DNA from: Myxococcota bacterium
GTDB taxonomy: Bacteria; Myxococcota_A; SURF-8
DNA: 64,000 nucleotides
NCBI GenBank assembly: GCA_965140415.1
Contig: OZ223209.1
Coordinates: 2,016,001-2,080,000 of the forward strand
Direction of reading: 5' to 3'
This document shows positions 9,044-19,883 of this stretch, in pieces (position 1 is the first letter of the stretch; each line of letters opens with the position of its first letter). The translations under genes and the position numbers were made by a program. The notes beneath the pieces are model-generated. The model ran no database searches. It was not told where the DNA came from and saw only the letters and a program-made list of their open reading frames with translations.

Positions 9044-9149
9044 AAGTTGATTGTTTGACGGGCTGGATAATCGACGCTAAAAGCGGATTTTCGAGAATCC
9101 GGCGCGGTTTGCTATTTTTTTGATATTCGCGACATCAAAGGATGTAGAT

Positions 9150-11696
9150 ATGCTGTTTCAGCCGAAAGAAATTCCGGTCAATATCGAAGAGGAAATGAAA
9201 GAATCCTACATGGAATATGCCATGTCGGTCATCATTTCTCGTGCATTGCCGGATGTGCGTGACGGACTCAAGCCGGTTCATCGCCGGGTTTTGTACGCCA
9301 TGTACGAAATGAAAAACTTCCATAATCAGTCGTATAAGAAATCGGCCCGCGTGGTCGGTAACGTCATCGGTAAATACCACCCACACGGCGATTCTGCGGT
9401 GTACGACACGATCGTTCGTATGGCTCAACCGTTCTCGCTGCGTTACCCGATGGTCGACGGCCAGGGTAACTTCGGTTCGGTCGATGGCGATCCCGCAGCG
9501 GCTATGCGTTACACCGAAATCCGTTTGGAGAAAATCGCGGCGGAAGTGCTGACCGACCTGGAAAAGGAAACGGTCGATTTCCAGCCCAACTACGATGGGT
9601 CGGAGTTGGAACCTATGGTCATGCCGACGCGCCTGCCCAGCCTGTTGATTAACGGTGCTGCGGGTATCGCAGTTGGTATGGCGACCAATATCCCTCCCCA
9701 TAACCTGGGCGAAGTCGTCGATGCGGTAATCCAGTTGATCGAGAATCCGGATTTGGGCGTTAAAGAATTGATGGGGGTCATTCCCGGTCCCGACTTCCCC
9801 ACCGCCGGTTTCATTTACGGGCGGGAAGGTATTGAAAGCGCCTATACAACCGGACGCGGCATTATCAAACTGCGTGGACGAGCTGTCGTCGAGCGCAATC
9901 GGCGCAACGATCGGGAATCCATTGTCGTGACCGAAATTCCCTATATGGTCAACAAGTCCAAACTGATCGAAAATATTGCCGATCTGGTTAAAAAGAAAAA
10001 GCTGGAAGGTATCTCCGATCTGCGTGACGAGTCCGATCGCGAAGGCATGCGCATCGTCATGGAACTCAAGCGCGATGCGGTCGCTGGCGTGTTGTTGAAC
10101 AACCTGTATAAGCTCACTCAGATGCAGACCAGTTTCGGTGTGATTCTGCTTTCTCTGGTCAATGGCCAGCCCAAGGTGCTGGACATCAAGCAGATGTTGC
10201 AGTATTTCATCGATCACCGCCGCGATGTGGTGACGAGGCGCTGCATTTTCGAATTACGCAAAGCCGAAGAGCGCGAACACATTTTGGAAGGTTTGAAGAT
10301 CGCGCTGGACAACATCGACGAAGTCGTCAAGACGATTCGGGCGAGCAGTACTCCCAGCGAAGCCAAGGAACGCTTGATCGCTCGTTTCGGCCTTTCCACG
10401 CGCCAGGCCCAGGCTATTCTCGATATGCGCCTGCAACGCCTCACCGGTTTGGAGCGCGACAAGATCATCAGCGAGTTGAAACAGGTGCGTGAGGAAATCA
10501 AGCGTCTGAAAGCGATCTTGGGCAGCGAAGCGCTGTTGATGGACGTGATCAAGCAGGAACTTCAGGAAGTTCGCAACAAGTATTCCGATGCTCGCCGAAC
10601 GGAAATCGTCGGCGAATCCCGCGAATTGTCGGTGGAAGACCTGATCGTGGAAGAAGACATGGTCGTCACCGTTTCGCATTCGGGCTATATCAAGCGAAAT
10701 GCCATTTCCCTTTACCGCGCACAGCGCCGCGGCGGTAAGGGAAAGACCGGTATGACCCCCAAGGCCGAGGATCTAGTGACCGATCTCTTCGTGGCCAGTA
10801 CGCACGACACTATTCTGATTTTCTCCGACAAGGGCATTGTTTACTGGTTGAAAGTACATCAAATTCCGCAGGGTGGTCGCGCCACACGCGGCAAGGCGAT
10901 CGTCAACCTGGTGCAAATGGCCAACGGGGAACACGTGGCGGCGATTCTGCCGATTCGCGAGTATCGCGAGGACTACAATGTGATCTTCGCCACCAAGAAC
11001 GGCGTTGTTAAAAAGACCAGCCTGATGGCCTATTCCAATCCTCGCAGCGTAGGCACTAAAGCCATCAACCTGGATGAAGGCGATGAAATCATCGATGTTC
11101 GCCTGACCGATGGCAGCAAGCACATTCTGCTTTCCTCCTTGAAGGGTAAAGCGATTCGCTTCAAAGAGGAAGAAGCTCGCCCTATGGGACGTGTGTCGCG
11201 TGGAATCAAGGGAATCACACTGGCCGAGAATGACCGGCTGGTTTCGATGGAAGTCTTGTCGGAAGGTGCAACCATTCTGTCCGTGACCGAGAACGGCTAT
11301 GGAAAACGCAGCAGCACCGATGATTATCGCATTCAGGGCCGTGGCGGTCGTGGTATCATCACCATCAAGACGACGGAACGCAATGGCGATGTCGTAAGCG
11401 TGAAGCAGGTCACCGACGATGATGACTTGATGCTGATTACCAACAAGGGAATCATCATGCGTATGCGAACGGCGGGTTTGCGCGTGATGGGCCGCAATAC
11501 GCAGGGTGTCCGCCTGATCAACCTGGATGCGGAAAGCAAGGTGGTGTCCATCACCAAGTTGGCAGAGCAGGACGACAAAGCCGTTGATGGTATTGACGCC
11601 AAAGCGGACGGGTTCGAAGAAGAGCCGACACAAGAAGAGACCGAGAGCGCACAAGGTGAAGAGACGGATCCGAAATCGACTGATTCCAAAGACTAA
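9150..11696 (+). CDS. gyrA: DNA gyrase subunit A
   Basis: [32 protein letters not shown]; GyrA-box QRRGGKG; acidic tail; AAGGA RBS before ATG 9150. Confidence 0.98.
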   Translation: MLFQPKEIPVNIEEEMKESYMEYAMSVIISRALPDVRDGLKPVHRRVLYAMYEMKNFHNQSYKKSARVVGNVIGKYHPHGDSAVYDTIVRMAQPFSLRYPMVDGQGNFGSVDGDPAAAMRYTEIRLEKIAAEVLTDLEKETVDFQPNYDGSELEPMVMPTRLPSLLINGAAGIAVGMATNIPPHNLGEVVDAVIQLIENPDLGVKELMGVIPGPDFPTAGFIYGREGIESAYTTGRGIIKLRGRAVVERNRRNDRESIVVTEIPYMVNKSKLIENIADLVKKKKLEGISDLRDESDREGMRIVMELKRDAVAGVLLNNLYKLTQMQTSFGVILLSLVNGQPKVLDIKQMLQYFIDHRRDVVTRRCIFELRKAEEREHILEGLKIALDNIDEVVKTIRASSTPSEAKERLIARFGLSTRQAQAILDMRLQRLTGLERDKIISELKQVREEIKRLKAILGSEALLMDVIKQELQEVRNKYSDARRTEIVGESRELSVEDLIVEEDMVVTVSHSGYIKRNAISLYRAQRRGGKGKTGMTPKAEDLVTDLFVASTHDTILIFSDKGIVYWLKVHQIPQGGRATRGKAIVNLVQMANGEHVAAILPIREYREDYNVIFATKNGVVKKTSLMAYSNPRSVGTKAINLDEGDEIIDVRLTDGSKHILLSSLKGKAIRFKEEEARPMGRVSRGIKGITLAENDRLVSMEVLSEGATILSVTENGYGKRSSTDDYRIQGRGGRGIITIKTTERNGDVVSVKQVTDDDDLMLITNKGIIMRMRTAGLRVMGRNTQGVRLINLDAESKVVSITKLAEQDDKAVDGIDAKADGFEEEPTQEETESAQGEETDPKSTDSKD

Positions 11697-11726
11697 GGAT
11701 CCAATTGCGATATCTGTCATGAATAA

Positions 11727-11753
11727 CCCGCCCGTTTTCGGGCGGGATCTTTT
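11727..11753 (+). terminator. Hairpin after gyrA
   Basis: CCCGCCCG-tttt-CGGGCGGG then ATCTTTT. Confidence 0.6.
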
Positions 11754-11780
11754 CGACTACGACGAACGAAACGGTGAACG

Positions 11781-13037
11781 ATGGATACGATACGTTGGTT
11801 GCTGTTGATTTTAGTATTGGTATCGGTCGGCGCGTTCTATCTGTTTCTCTACAAACCCTCCTATCAGAAATTCTACGATCGCGGAATCAAGCGCTATGCC
11901 GAGCAGGAATATGAACGCGCCGCGACGGAGTTTCTAAAAGCCATCAGCGAGGCGGAAGAAAGCGAGGCACAGCAGGCGCGTGAAGTGTTGATCGACGCCA
12001 GCATGATGACCGCGGAAATCTATAACCTTCGCCTGGGTAAGCTTCAGGAAGCCATTCAACAGTACGAAGAAGTTGCAAAAAACTTTCCTCATCATCGAAA
12101 AGCCGTTCTTGCACTGGACGAAATCGCATCCATCTATCTCAACAAGCTGGACGATCCACGCAAGGGTATCGAAACATTGGTTCAATTGGTCAACCGGGTG
12201 CCAAAACCGGATCATGTAATGCGTTACAAGCAACGAATTCTGCAAGCCTATCTGTCATTGCATGAGTTCGAACAGGCAGCCATCGAGGGGCTTGACTGGT
12301 TGAAGCAGGAACCGAATGCACCTGGCAACGGGCGTCTGCTTTTTCTGGTCGCCGATGCTCTTGGGTATCAGGCGAAATGGCAGCAGGCTATTGAATTGTA
12401 CAAGCGCATCGAGAATGAATACCCCAATGCTCCGGAAGCCAAGCTGGTGCATTTTGAGATCGGAAATTGCTACTTGAAGCTCAAGCGCTACGACGAGGCG
12501 ACCAAGGCTTTTGAAAAAGCGCTGGAAACCTATCCCAATGCCGATGTCGTCCGGTTACGCATTCAGGAAACCAAGGGGCGCTTGTTGAACGAAACGGATG
12601 ACGAGGGTCTGCCGCATTGGGTCAAGCAACGTAACCGGAACCGGGATGTAGAGCCTTTCCCGGAAGATCATTCCCGACGCAGCATCAAGCATATCATCAA
12701 AGACGATGACGAAAAGAAAGCCAAACCTTCCACTACCAAGCCTGCTAAAGCGAAACCGACAGTGAAATCCAAAGCGGTAAAAAAATCTCCCAAAACGAGC
12801 AATACCAAGCCGGAAAAAGCGCCAGCGAAGTCTGTGAAAGATTCGGTCCAGCCAGCCGCACAGAAGCCGACAACGATACCAAAGCAGCAACCAAAGCAAC
12901 CTGCTCAGAAAACGGAAAAGAATGCCGCTTCAAAAGCGGAAGCAAAACCCATAGCGAATTCTGCAAAGAAAACGGCAACTCCTCCAGCCGCCAAAGAAAC
13001 CGCCGCCCCTGAGCCGATTGTTCCCGTTACACCTTGA
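11781..13037 (+). CDS. Membrane-anchored TPR protein with Lys/Pro/Ala-rich disordered tail
   Basis: N-terminal TM helix; TPR units ending YP/FP; low-complexity C-terminus. Confidence 0.8.
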   Translation: MDTIRWLLLILVLVSVGAFYLFLYKPSYQKFYDRGIKRYAEQEYERAATEFLKAISEAEESEAQQAREVLIDASMMTAEIYNLRLGKLQEAIQQYEEVAKNFPHHRKAVLALDEIASIYLNKLDDPRKGIETLVQLVNRVPKPDHVMRYKQRILQAYLSLHEFEQAAIEGLDWLKQEPNAPGNGRLLFLVADALGYQAKWQQAIELYKRIENEYPNAPEAKLVHFEIGNCYLKLKRYDEATKAFEKALETYPNADVVRLRIQETKGRLLNETDDEGLPHWVKQRNRNRDVEPFPEDHSRRSIKHIIKDDDEKKAKPSTTKPAKAKPTVKSKAVKKSPKTSNTKPEKAPAKSVKDSVQPAAQKPTTIPKQQPKQPAQKTEKNAASKAEAKPIANSAKKTATPPAAKETAAPEPIVPVTP

Positions 13038-13054
13038 CGATTCAAGTATGACGC

Positions 13055-15931
13055 TTAAAAGTCGATGTTGTCACCGACTTCGTAGGATATGGGTTGCATG
13101 AAATCCCATGAGGCGAATGTGTCCAGATATACGGCGCGATAGGTGGCCATAATCGTTAATACTTTTTTGACGTAATTGCGGGTTTCGAGGAATTCAATCG
13201 ATTCGATGAATTCATCCCATTCCAATTCAGGATGACGTTGCAGCCAGATTTCGACGTTATGAGGGCCTCCGTTATAGGCTGCGATTGCCAACGGCCACTG
13301 TCCCTGAAATTTCTTCTTCAACTCCGATAGGTACCAGGCGCCGAAGCGAATACTGGTTTCCGGTTTGTACAGCAGCGAGTGGCTATGGCTCGCTTCACCG
13401 TTACTATCGGCGATCTTGGCACCGGTGGCGGGCATGATCTGCATCAATCCCAAGGCGTTCACTCGCGAAACGGCATGTGGTTTGAAATAGCTTTCCGTAC
13501 GCATAATCGAGAGCAGCAGGTCTTCCCGTACGTTCGATTCTTCGCTGAAACGACCAATGGTGTCGGCAAAAGCGGGAGGATAGGTCAACATGGTTCGGAA
13601 AGGCTGTGGAATCTGTTTTCGATCAGCCCTGGTTAATCCGGCAGTGAATACGCGAAAAGCGCCGGAAATATCTTGATACTCAAGAAAACAAGCCAGGATG
13701 TCGAAAGCGAATCGTTTTGGAACTTGTTGCAGGGCTTGCAGTCGCTCCATGCGCAAGGCAGCTTCAGCGGGTGTCTCGTCTTTGTAAGGCGTTTCATTTG
13801 TGCGTGACTGCAACTCGATCCAGCGCTCCACGAAACCTCGTAAAGCAGCGGAGGCTCGTTCGTAATATCCCAATTCCTGCCAGACGACGGCTTGTTTCAG
13901 CTTAGGAAAAAGTGCGGCATACGGTTTGACCCACTTCCTCAACCGACTGTGACGGCTCGATCTGGTAGCCACGAAACCGATTGCTTCCGTTTGAAAGCGT
14001 TCCATCATACTGTGATGAAAGAGCTGCGAAGTAAACAGTGGGGATTGTCGCAGGATATCCACAGCATCTCTCCAGTTTCGTTTACGTTCGCGAAGAACCA
14101 GCATCACATCCGGATCGTCAACGGTGGCCTCTTGGATGGGGTCCAAGTGCAAGGGGTCGAGTTCGCCGACGACAGCGTGGGTTTCATCGATCACCAAAAA
14201 GGAATTCAATCGAGCCTGAGCGGCCAGCCTGTAGTAGTGACGGCGCTCGTCTCCGGCCAGATAAACGAAATAGCTTTTGGCGCGTGTGTAGTCGTGACGC
14301 TGTTCATAGATACGCCCGATCCAGTAGCGACAGGCGGAGGCATAGGAAGAACGCGGGTAGTTGTCTAGCAAGTCCTTGAAACGGGATAATGCAATGTCGA
14401 ACTTTCCTGCACGATAGGCGAACCAGCCCCGAAACCACAAGGCTTTGCGCGCCAATGAGTCGCGTCGATAACGTTGCTGGAAATCTTGTAGCAGGCGGTC
14501 GGCGTCCTCGTAGCGACCGGAGCGATTTCCGGTCAGCCAGGCGGCCATAAAGCGCGCCATTTTGGCCAATCCCGATTTCGGAAAACTATCCGCCATTTCC
14601 AGGTAGGTATCGACCGCGCGTTGCAATTGGTTCTGTCGTCCCAGTGTTTTGGAGATCATGTACAGGTACTGGTCCTTTTCGCTTTGCAGACCGGATTCGG
14701 TATAATACAGATCCTGAAACACCTGTAGCGCCTCTGAATAACGAGTCAGATAAGAAAGCGTCTGCCCTTGTTCGTACAAAAGCTTGGCATTGACAGTCCG
14801 GTCAAATCCGTCGGAGCCGGGGGGATGTTCCTTCAAGTGCTGTTCGATCAACGCCAAGCGTTGCTCGTCGCGCCGCTCGGTTTTCAGACGGCTGACTTCC
14901 CGCAGTAACGCAGTCCCATACGCAACTGGGGGTTGGGCAATTTCCTCATTCAATTGCTTGCGACGTTCTTCCGCTACACCACAGTAACGACAACTCGGGT
15001 CGAAGGGCTGCATCCGGCGCAATAACAAACGCTCTTTTTCCGTTTGTTTCAATGCCCTGTAGGCGCGAGCGCGCAGCCAGTATAAGTCGTTTTGTCGGGG
15101 ATGCGAAGGAGGATCGTCTAACTCGAAACCCGGTAAGGTCTGGGCGTACGAGCTATACTCCCGTTCGAAATGCAAGGTCAACCGGGCAGCCTTGCCTGCT
15201 TCTCCTTCTTCAAGCAAACAAGCGACTTCACCCAGTTGTGCGTCGAAAAAGTGTGTGCGCTCCAATTTTCGGCGAATCGTTTCCGGGGAAGAACCCGCGC
15301 GAATCCAACGCAAACGGCGATATTGGCGTCGCGCCTGATCGTACTGACCTGTTTTAAAATGTGCTTCGGCCAGCATCCAGCGCAGATCGTCATTGATGGC
15401 GCTGAACGCGCCGATAGTCTCCGGAAGTAGCTGTGCTGCCAGTTGATCCTGATCGAGTTCCAGATAGGCACTGGCCAAGGCCAGCTTGATGCGCTTGTCC
15501 CAGGTTTTGTAAAATGGACTCTGTTGCAGCGCGAAAAAGATCTGCAACACTTCCAACCAGTTTCGCTTCCGAATCTGTTCGACTCCCTGCTCATACAGGG
15601 CGGCGGCTTCCTTTTTGCTATGACCCACGGCAAGACGGTATCGGTATCCCGGATCGCTCTGGTCGGTCGCGATGGAAAGCGGCTCCTGATGTTCTTGCAC
15701 TGATTCCGGTTGGCAGGATACATTCCGTTCGGCTTCGCCTTCGCGCTCGCGATCCCACTCGGGATCGGGGTCCGCATCCCAGTCCAGATCGGCGTCTACA
15801 GCCGAATTTTCAACCGCTTCGCCTTCAAAAGGATCGCCTTCTGCGAATGCGCTTGTCCAGGCGATCCAGATCAACAGCAACAGCAGGATAAGTTGAGACT
15901 TTTTCAGATGATAATATAATCTATTCAACAT
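13055..15931 (-). CDS. Soluble lytic transglycosylase (SLT domain) with TPR scaffold
   Basis: Signal peptide; IMRTES, ALGLMQIMP, AAYNGG and ETRNYV motifs. Confidence 0.92.
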   Translation of the reverse strand: MLNRLYYHLKKSQLILLLLLIWIAWTSAFAEGDPFEGEAVENSAVDADLDWDADPDPEWDREREGEAERNVSCQPESVQEHQEPLSIATDQSDPGYRYRLAVGHSKKEAAALYEQGVEQIRKRNWLEVLQIFFALQQSPFYKTWDKRIKLALASAYLELDQDQLAAQLLPETIGAFSAINDDLRWMLAEAHFKTGQYDQARRQYRRLRWIRAGSSPETIRRKLERTHFFDAQLGEVACLLEEGEAGKAARLTLHFEREYSSYAQTLPGFELDDPPSHPRQNDLYWLRARAYRALKQTEKERLLLRRMQPFDPSCRYCGVAEERRKQLNEEIAQPPVAYGTALLREVSRLKTERRDEQRLALIEQHLKEHPPGSDGFDRTVNAKLLYEQGQTLSYLTRYSEALQVFQDLYYTESGLQSEKDQYLYMISKTLGRQNQLQRAVDTYLEMADSFPKSGLAKMARFMAAWLTGNRSGRYEDADRLLQDFQQRYRRDSLARKALWFRGWFAYRAGKFDIALSRFKDLLDNYPRSSYASACRYWIGRIYEQRHDYTRAKSYFVYLAGDERRHYYRLAAQARLNSFLVIDETHAVVGELDPLHLDPIQEATVDDPDVMLVLRERKRNWRDAVDILRQSPLFTSQLFHHSMMERFQTEAIGFVATRSSRHSRLRKWVKPYAALFPKLKQAVVWQELGYYERASAALRGFVERWIELQSRTNETPYKDETPAEAALRMERLQALQQVPKRFAFDILACFLEYQDISGAFRVFTAGLTRADRKQIPQPFRTMLTYPPAFADTIGRFSEESNVREDLLLSIMRTESYFKPHAVSRVNALGLMQIMPATGAKIADSNGEASHSHSLLYKPETSIRFGAWYLSELKKKFQGQWPLAIAAYNGGPHNVEIWLQRHPELEWDEFIESIEFLETRNYVKKVLTIMATYRAVYLDTFASWDFMQPISYEVGDNIDF

Positions 15932-15932
15932 G

Positions 15933-16379
15933 CTAGAATGATTGTTCCGCCTTGTATTTGAAAACGTCCAGTCGTTGCCGCATCAAGGTGTCGGCGAGGA
16001 AAGTTGAAAGAAAAGCGGGAATCGGTCCCTTTAAAGCGACTTTTTGACGAACAGACAAACGCAGGCGTTCCCGCTCCAGCGGTTCGATTCGAAACTCGCC
16101 GCTCCAATTGGAAAGAAAGCGTCCCTTCTGCAAGTTCCAACCCACTCGGTAAAAGGGTTCCTCCTGTAACGTAAGTGTAACAGGTAATTCCATTCCCCAG
16201 ACTTTCAAGCGCAGAGCCAGATGCTTTTCATGCCCGTCAACCGGTTGCTGCTCGATTTCCTGTATCTCGGGAATCGAAGCGGGGTAGGCTTCGTAATTCG
16301 TCAATACGGCAAACAGCCTTTGCGGGCTGGCCTGGATTTCCTTGGAGATCCGATTTTTGTCGCTAGTGAAACTACGCAT
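15933..16379 (-). CDS. SRPBCC/cyclase-dehydrase family protein
   Basis: IQASPQRLFAVLTNYEAYP..IP pattern; 148 aa; abuts SLT gene. Confidence 0.75.
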   Translation of the reverse strand: MRSFTSDKNRISKEIQASPQRLFAVLTNYEAYPASIPEIQEIEQQPVDGHEKHLALRLKVWGMELPVTLTLQEEPFYRVGWNLQKGRFLSNWSGEFRIEPLERERLRLSVRQKVALKGPIPAFLSTFLADTLMRQRLDVFKYKAEQSF

Positions 16380-16704
16380 CGTTTCTTTTCGTTTCAGGGT
16401 GCATCAAGTAACACCGAATTGGCGCATTGTAGCGGAAATAGGAGAGCCGAGCAAGCGTGCTTATGAAAGGGGAGAATCAATCGTGAGATGTGGAATCTTT
16501 TTCCTTGCACCGCTGGCTTTATCCTGGTTATTGAAAGCTGCCATCGGTTTCGTTATCAATCCGAAAAAAAAAGATCGCTCTGGACGGTCGGAACAGAGCG
16601 AATGGGTTGGATGGAAATCACAATGCTTTTCTGGCCTTCCTATATGAAATTATGCTAAAAAATAACAGTTTCTTCATAGTTCACCAATGAAAAGGAACGA
16701 AGTC

Positions 16705-18885
16705 ATGCGTATCTCTGCTTTACGTGTTTTCGGCGTGTTTCTACTTTGCTGCCTGTTTCTATACGCCTGTTCTGATTCCTCTGAGGATTCGCCCTGGCAG
16801 GGAGATGCAGACGAACCGGAGTTGGAACTGGAATTGGAAGTGGAACTGGAGCAAGAGCAGGAAATCACACCGGTTAATATCGATGCCGCTACAAAAGGCT
16901 TTCAACTTTATTATAAAGAGCGGGTAGAGCGGGCGGTCATCGCATATAACCGCTACGCCATTTTCGGCGATGTCGGTCTGGGCACCAACATCGGAAAAGC
17001 GGGAATCAAAAAGAGCGGGCAGGACATCGAAGTCGTGGCCGGTCCCAACGATAACAACATGATCGGTTACAACACCTGGCATGCCTATATGGCGTATCGC
17101 GTGTTCGGTTCGCGCATCCTGGAGTTGACCCTGCTGCGTATGTTGGAAGGACTGAGCTTTCAAGAGGGCGTCAGCGGTCATCCCGGCCTGACAAATCGCA
17201 TGGCGTTGACCGGTTGGACACTGCAAATCGACGGCCTGAACGGCAGCAGCACAAGAACGCGCGATGGAGCGGAGGTTCAATCGCCCTACAGTATCGAAAG
17301 CGCGCTGGAAACGGAGATCATCCATGCATTTTTCGATCAGTTCCGTTTTACCTATCGTCTGAATCCGGCGGATTTCATGTTCGACTACATGCCCGGCGTT
17401 GAAGTCGGTCCCTATGCCGTGACCTACAGTTTCAGTATGTTGCCCGATTATATCCGTGTTTCCGACTGCTGCGCCACGATGATGCGCACCCCGGAAGGTT
17501 ATGAATGGGAGGGCGCATTCTGGAGCAATCACAACAGCCGCGACAATTTCCCGGATCTCGGTTTGGGGTATCTGGTGGCGCTGGCGTTGGAGCAGGATGA
17601 TTCCATCCCGGAAGAGTTGCATGTTGCCGCCACGCAAGCCATGCAAGCCGGGCAGCGTGTGGGCGATCTGGTGCAACAGTACGAGGGCAAACTGATGACC
17701 GTGGACGAGCACCATCCTTACGACTCGCTGGTGGTTGCCGGCGCGCTGCGCCCGGATGGAGAAACGGAAATCGAGGATCTGGGCAGTCTCTCCGATTGCC
17801 AGACGGCTTTTCTCGCTCGCGCGATTTCTTCTCAGGGCTTGCCCTTACCGGTTCCAGAACTTCCTTTGCCCGGTTCCATCGAGTTTCTGCTGGAAGGCTT
17901 GATCGATGAATGCCATGCCCCCGAAGGGGTTCGCATGTGTAGTGGTCTCGGTGATGCCTTCTGTGAAGGTACCTGGGGCGAGGCTGAGAACATGCACTTT
18001 TTCGGTCATCCCTGGTTGGAGTTCGCGCGGGAAATCGAAGAGGATTCCCCTGGTTCGGCGCAAACCCTGATCGGCTCGTTTCAGGATGACTACTACGAGA
18101 AGACCCTGGCTGTTGTCGCTATCGTCGTTTATGCTGAGACTGTCGGTGATGAAGCCCTGCTTGAGGAAGCGAGAGGAGTCTTGCTGGATATGACGAAGCT
18201 GATGCGCACCTTTGCAGATATCATCTACGAGAAAACCCAGCCGGATCGATGGGTTAACCGGCGCTATGAAGCGGCATTATTCGATGGTTATGGAGGTTTG
18301 GAGGTTCCGGTGGAAGATCTTAACGACTTCGCCCGCGCCGAATCCCACATGGCCCGTTTGGAATCGCTGCTCACCTTAACAGACACCGAACCGGCTGCTT
18401 TATTGACGGATGAAGAAATCTTCGCCCAGGCGGAGGAGCGGCTTGCCGGTCGCAGTGAGACCGTCAAGCAGCGCTATGAGGATCATTATGGCAGTACCCC
18501 TCCGATCCGCCGCACCGATGACGGCTACGAGGCGCGCCGTTACGAGTCGGAAGCGCTTACGGACTGGCAGCCTGTCTCTCGTCCGCAACACCAGATCGTC
18601 GGTGGGTTCAAACTGATGGAAGCGATCAGTTTATGTATTACTGCACCGGAACGGTTGGATTGCACCTGGGCTAAACTCGGTTGTGCGCGTCCCGATCTGA
18701 ACGCCGACCGCAAGGTGGATGAAAGTGACCAGCAGCAGTTCGATTCGCTTTTTCAAAATTATCAGGGACAAGCCTGCGATGACGGAAACCAGTTCTGCGA
18801 GGGGGTCGATTTAGACCAGAGTGGACTGGCGGACGAATACGACCAGGCGTTTATGCTGGCGGCGCAGGGGTGCTGGTACGAGTAG
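16705..18885 (+). CDS. Lipoprotein of uncharacterised enzyme-like family with C-terminal dockerin/EF-hand-like motifs
   Basis: Lipobox LYAC; acidic linker; ND, SGHPG..R and NSRD motifs shared with 21177 and 26558; DLNADRKVDESD and DLDQSGLADEYD; alternative start 16687. Confidence 0.7.
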   Translation: MRISALRVFGVFLLCCLFLYACSDSSEDSPWQGDADEPELELELEVELEQEQEITPVNIDAATKGFQLYYKERVERAVIAYNRYAIFGDVGLGTNIGKAGIKKSGQDIEVVAGPNDNNMIGYNTWHAYMAYRVFGSRILELTLLRMLEGLSFQEGVSGHPGLTNRMALTGWTLQIDGLNGSSTRTRDGAEVQSPYSIESALETEIIHAFFDQFRFTYRLNPADFMFDYMPGVEVGPYAVTYSFSMLPDYIRVSDCCATMMRTPEGYEWEGAFWSNHNSRDNFPDLGLGYLVALALEQDDSIPEELHVAATQAMQAGQRVGDLVQQYEGKLMTVDEHHPYDSLVVAGALRPDGETEIEDLGSLSDCQTAFLARAISSQGLPLPVPELPLPGSIEFLLEGLIDECHAPEGVRMCSGLGDAFCEGTWGEAENMHFFGHPWLEFAREIEEDSPGSAQTLIGSFQDDYYEKTLAVVAIVVYAETVGDEALLEEARGVLLDMTKLMRTFADIIYEKTQPDRWVNRRYEAALFDGYGGLEVPVEDLNDFARAESHMARLESLLTLTDTEPAALLTDEEIFAQAEERLAGRSETVKQRYEDHYGSTPPIRRTDDGYEARRYESEALTDWQPVSRPQHQIVGGFKLMEAISLCITAPERLDCTWAKLGCARPDLNADRKVDESDQQQFDSLFQNYQGQACDDGNQFCEGVDLDQSGLADEYDQAFMLAAQGCWYE

Positions 18886-18899
18886 GATAAACGAAAGAA

Positions 18900-18921
18900 G
18901 GCGCAGTCTTTCGACTGCGCC
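18900..18921. terminator. Hairpin between convergent genes
   Basis: GGCGCAGTC-tttc-GACTGCGCC; U-rich tail on minus strand. Confidence 0.65.
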
Positions 18922-18950
18922 CGCTTGTGGTAACTTGAAACTCCGTAGAG

Positions 18951-19883
18951 TTACTTGTAGCTCTTCAGATACTTGAACAGTTCGCTGTCGGTCGTCATGA
19001 TCAGCGAATTGTCCTGGCTTAACGTTTCACGGTAGATTTCCAGGGTTTTCACAAACGAGTAGAAATCCGGATCGCGGCTGTAGGCGTCTGCGTAGATGCG
19101 CGTAGATTCTGCGTCGGCTTTACCTTTGATCTCCTGAGAAGTTCTGTAAGCTTCCGAAGTGATCTGCTTAAGCATCTTATCCTTCTCACCTTCGATCTTC
19201 TGAGCTTCACCACGACCTTCCGAGCGGAATTTCTCCGCGATCTGCTTTCTTTCCGCAATCATGCGTCCGTAAACGGATTTGCGGACTTCCTCGACGTAAT
19301 TGATGCGCTTGATTTTTACATCGACCAGATCGATGCCGAATTTTTCCAACTTGGCGCGACTGGCTTTCAAGATGCCCTGGGTGATCTTCTCCCGTCCCAC
19401 TTTGACTTCGCCTAAGTGGCTCTTTTCTTTGGTCTCTTCCAGCCCGATCTCGAAGGTATCCAGTTCCCGGTTGGTTTTACGAACCGTCTCGATCAGGGGA
19501 TGACTGGTCACGAAGTTGCGCACTCCGGCGTCGATGATGTCGTCCAGGCGGGCCATCGCGCTACGTTCGTTATTCACGGTCTCCAGATATTTCAACGGAT
19601 CGACAATCCGCCAGCGGGCGAAGGTGTCTACCCACAGATAGGTTTTGTCCTTGGTCGGAATTTGACCGGGATCGCCATCCCACTCCAACAGGTTTTTAGG
19701 AAAGACATTCACCCGCTGGATAAATGGAAGTTTGAAATACAAACCCGGTTCGACCTTGGGCTCGCCCACTGATCTTCCGAATTGGGTAATAACCACTTGC
19801 TCGGTTTCGTCTACGGCAAAGGTGCAAGTTAGAAAAATGAAGACGGCCAGAATAATGACGGATAGGGCGATAAGCTGTTTCAT
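18951..19883 (-). CDS. hflC: FtsH modulator HflC
   Basis: SPFH domain; VITQFG, PGLYFKLPFIQ, RMIAERKQIAEKFRSEG, DPDFYSF. Confidence 0.95.
   Translation of the reverse strand: MKQLIALSVIILAVFIFLTCTFAVDETEQVVITQFGRSVGEPKVEPGLYFKLPFIQRVNVFPKNLLEWDGDPGQIPTKDKTYLWVDTFARWRIVDPLKYLETVNNERSAMARLDDIIDAGVRNFVTSHPLIETVRKTNRELDTFEIGLEETKEKSHLGEVKVGREKITQGILKASRAKLEKFGIDLVDVKIKRINYVEEVRKSVYGRMIAERKQIAEKFRSEGRGEAQKIEGEKDKMLKQITSEAYRTSQEIKGKADAESTRIYADAYSRDPDFYSFVKTLEIYRETLSQDNSLIMTTDSELFKYLKSYK

Noticed and set aside
9135-11720. Long minus-strand ORFs (360 and 315 aa)
   Set aside because: Antisense shadows of gyrA.
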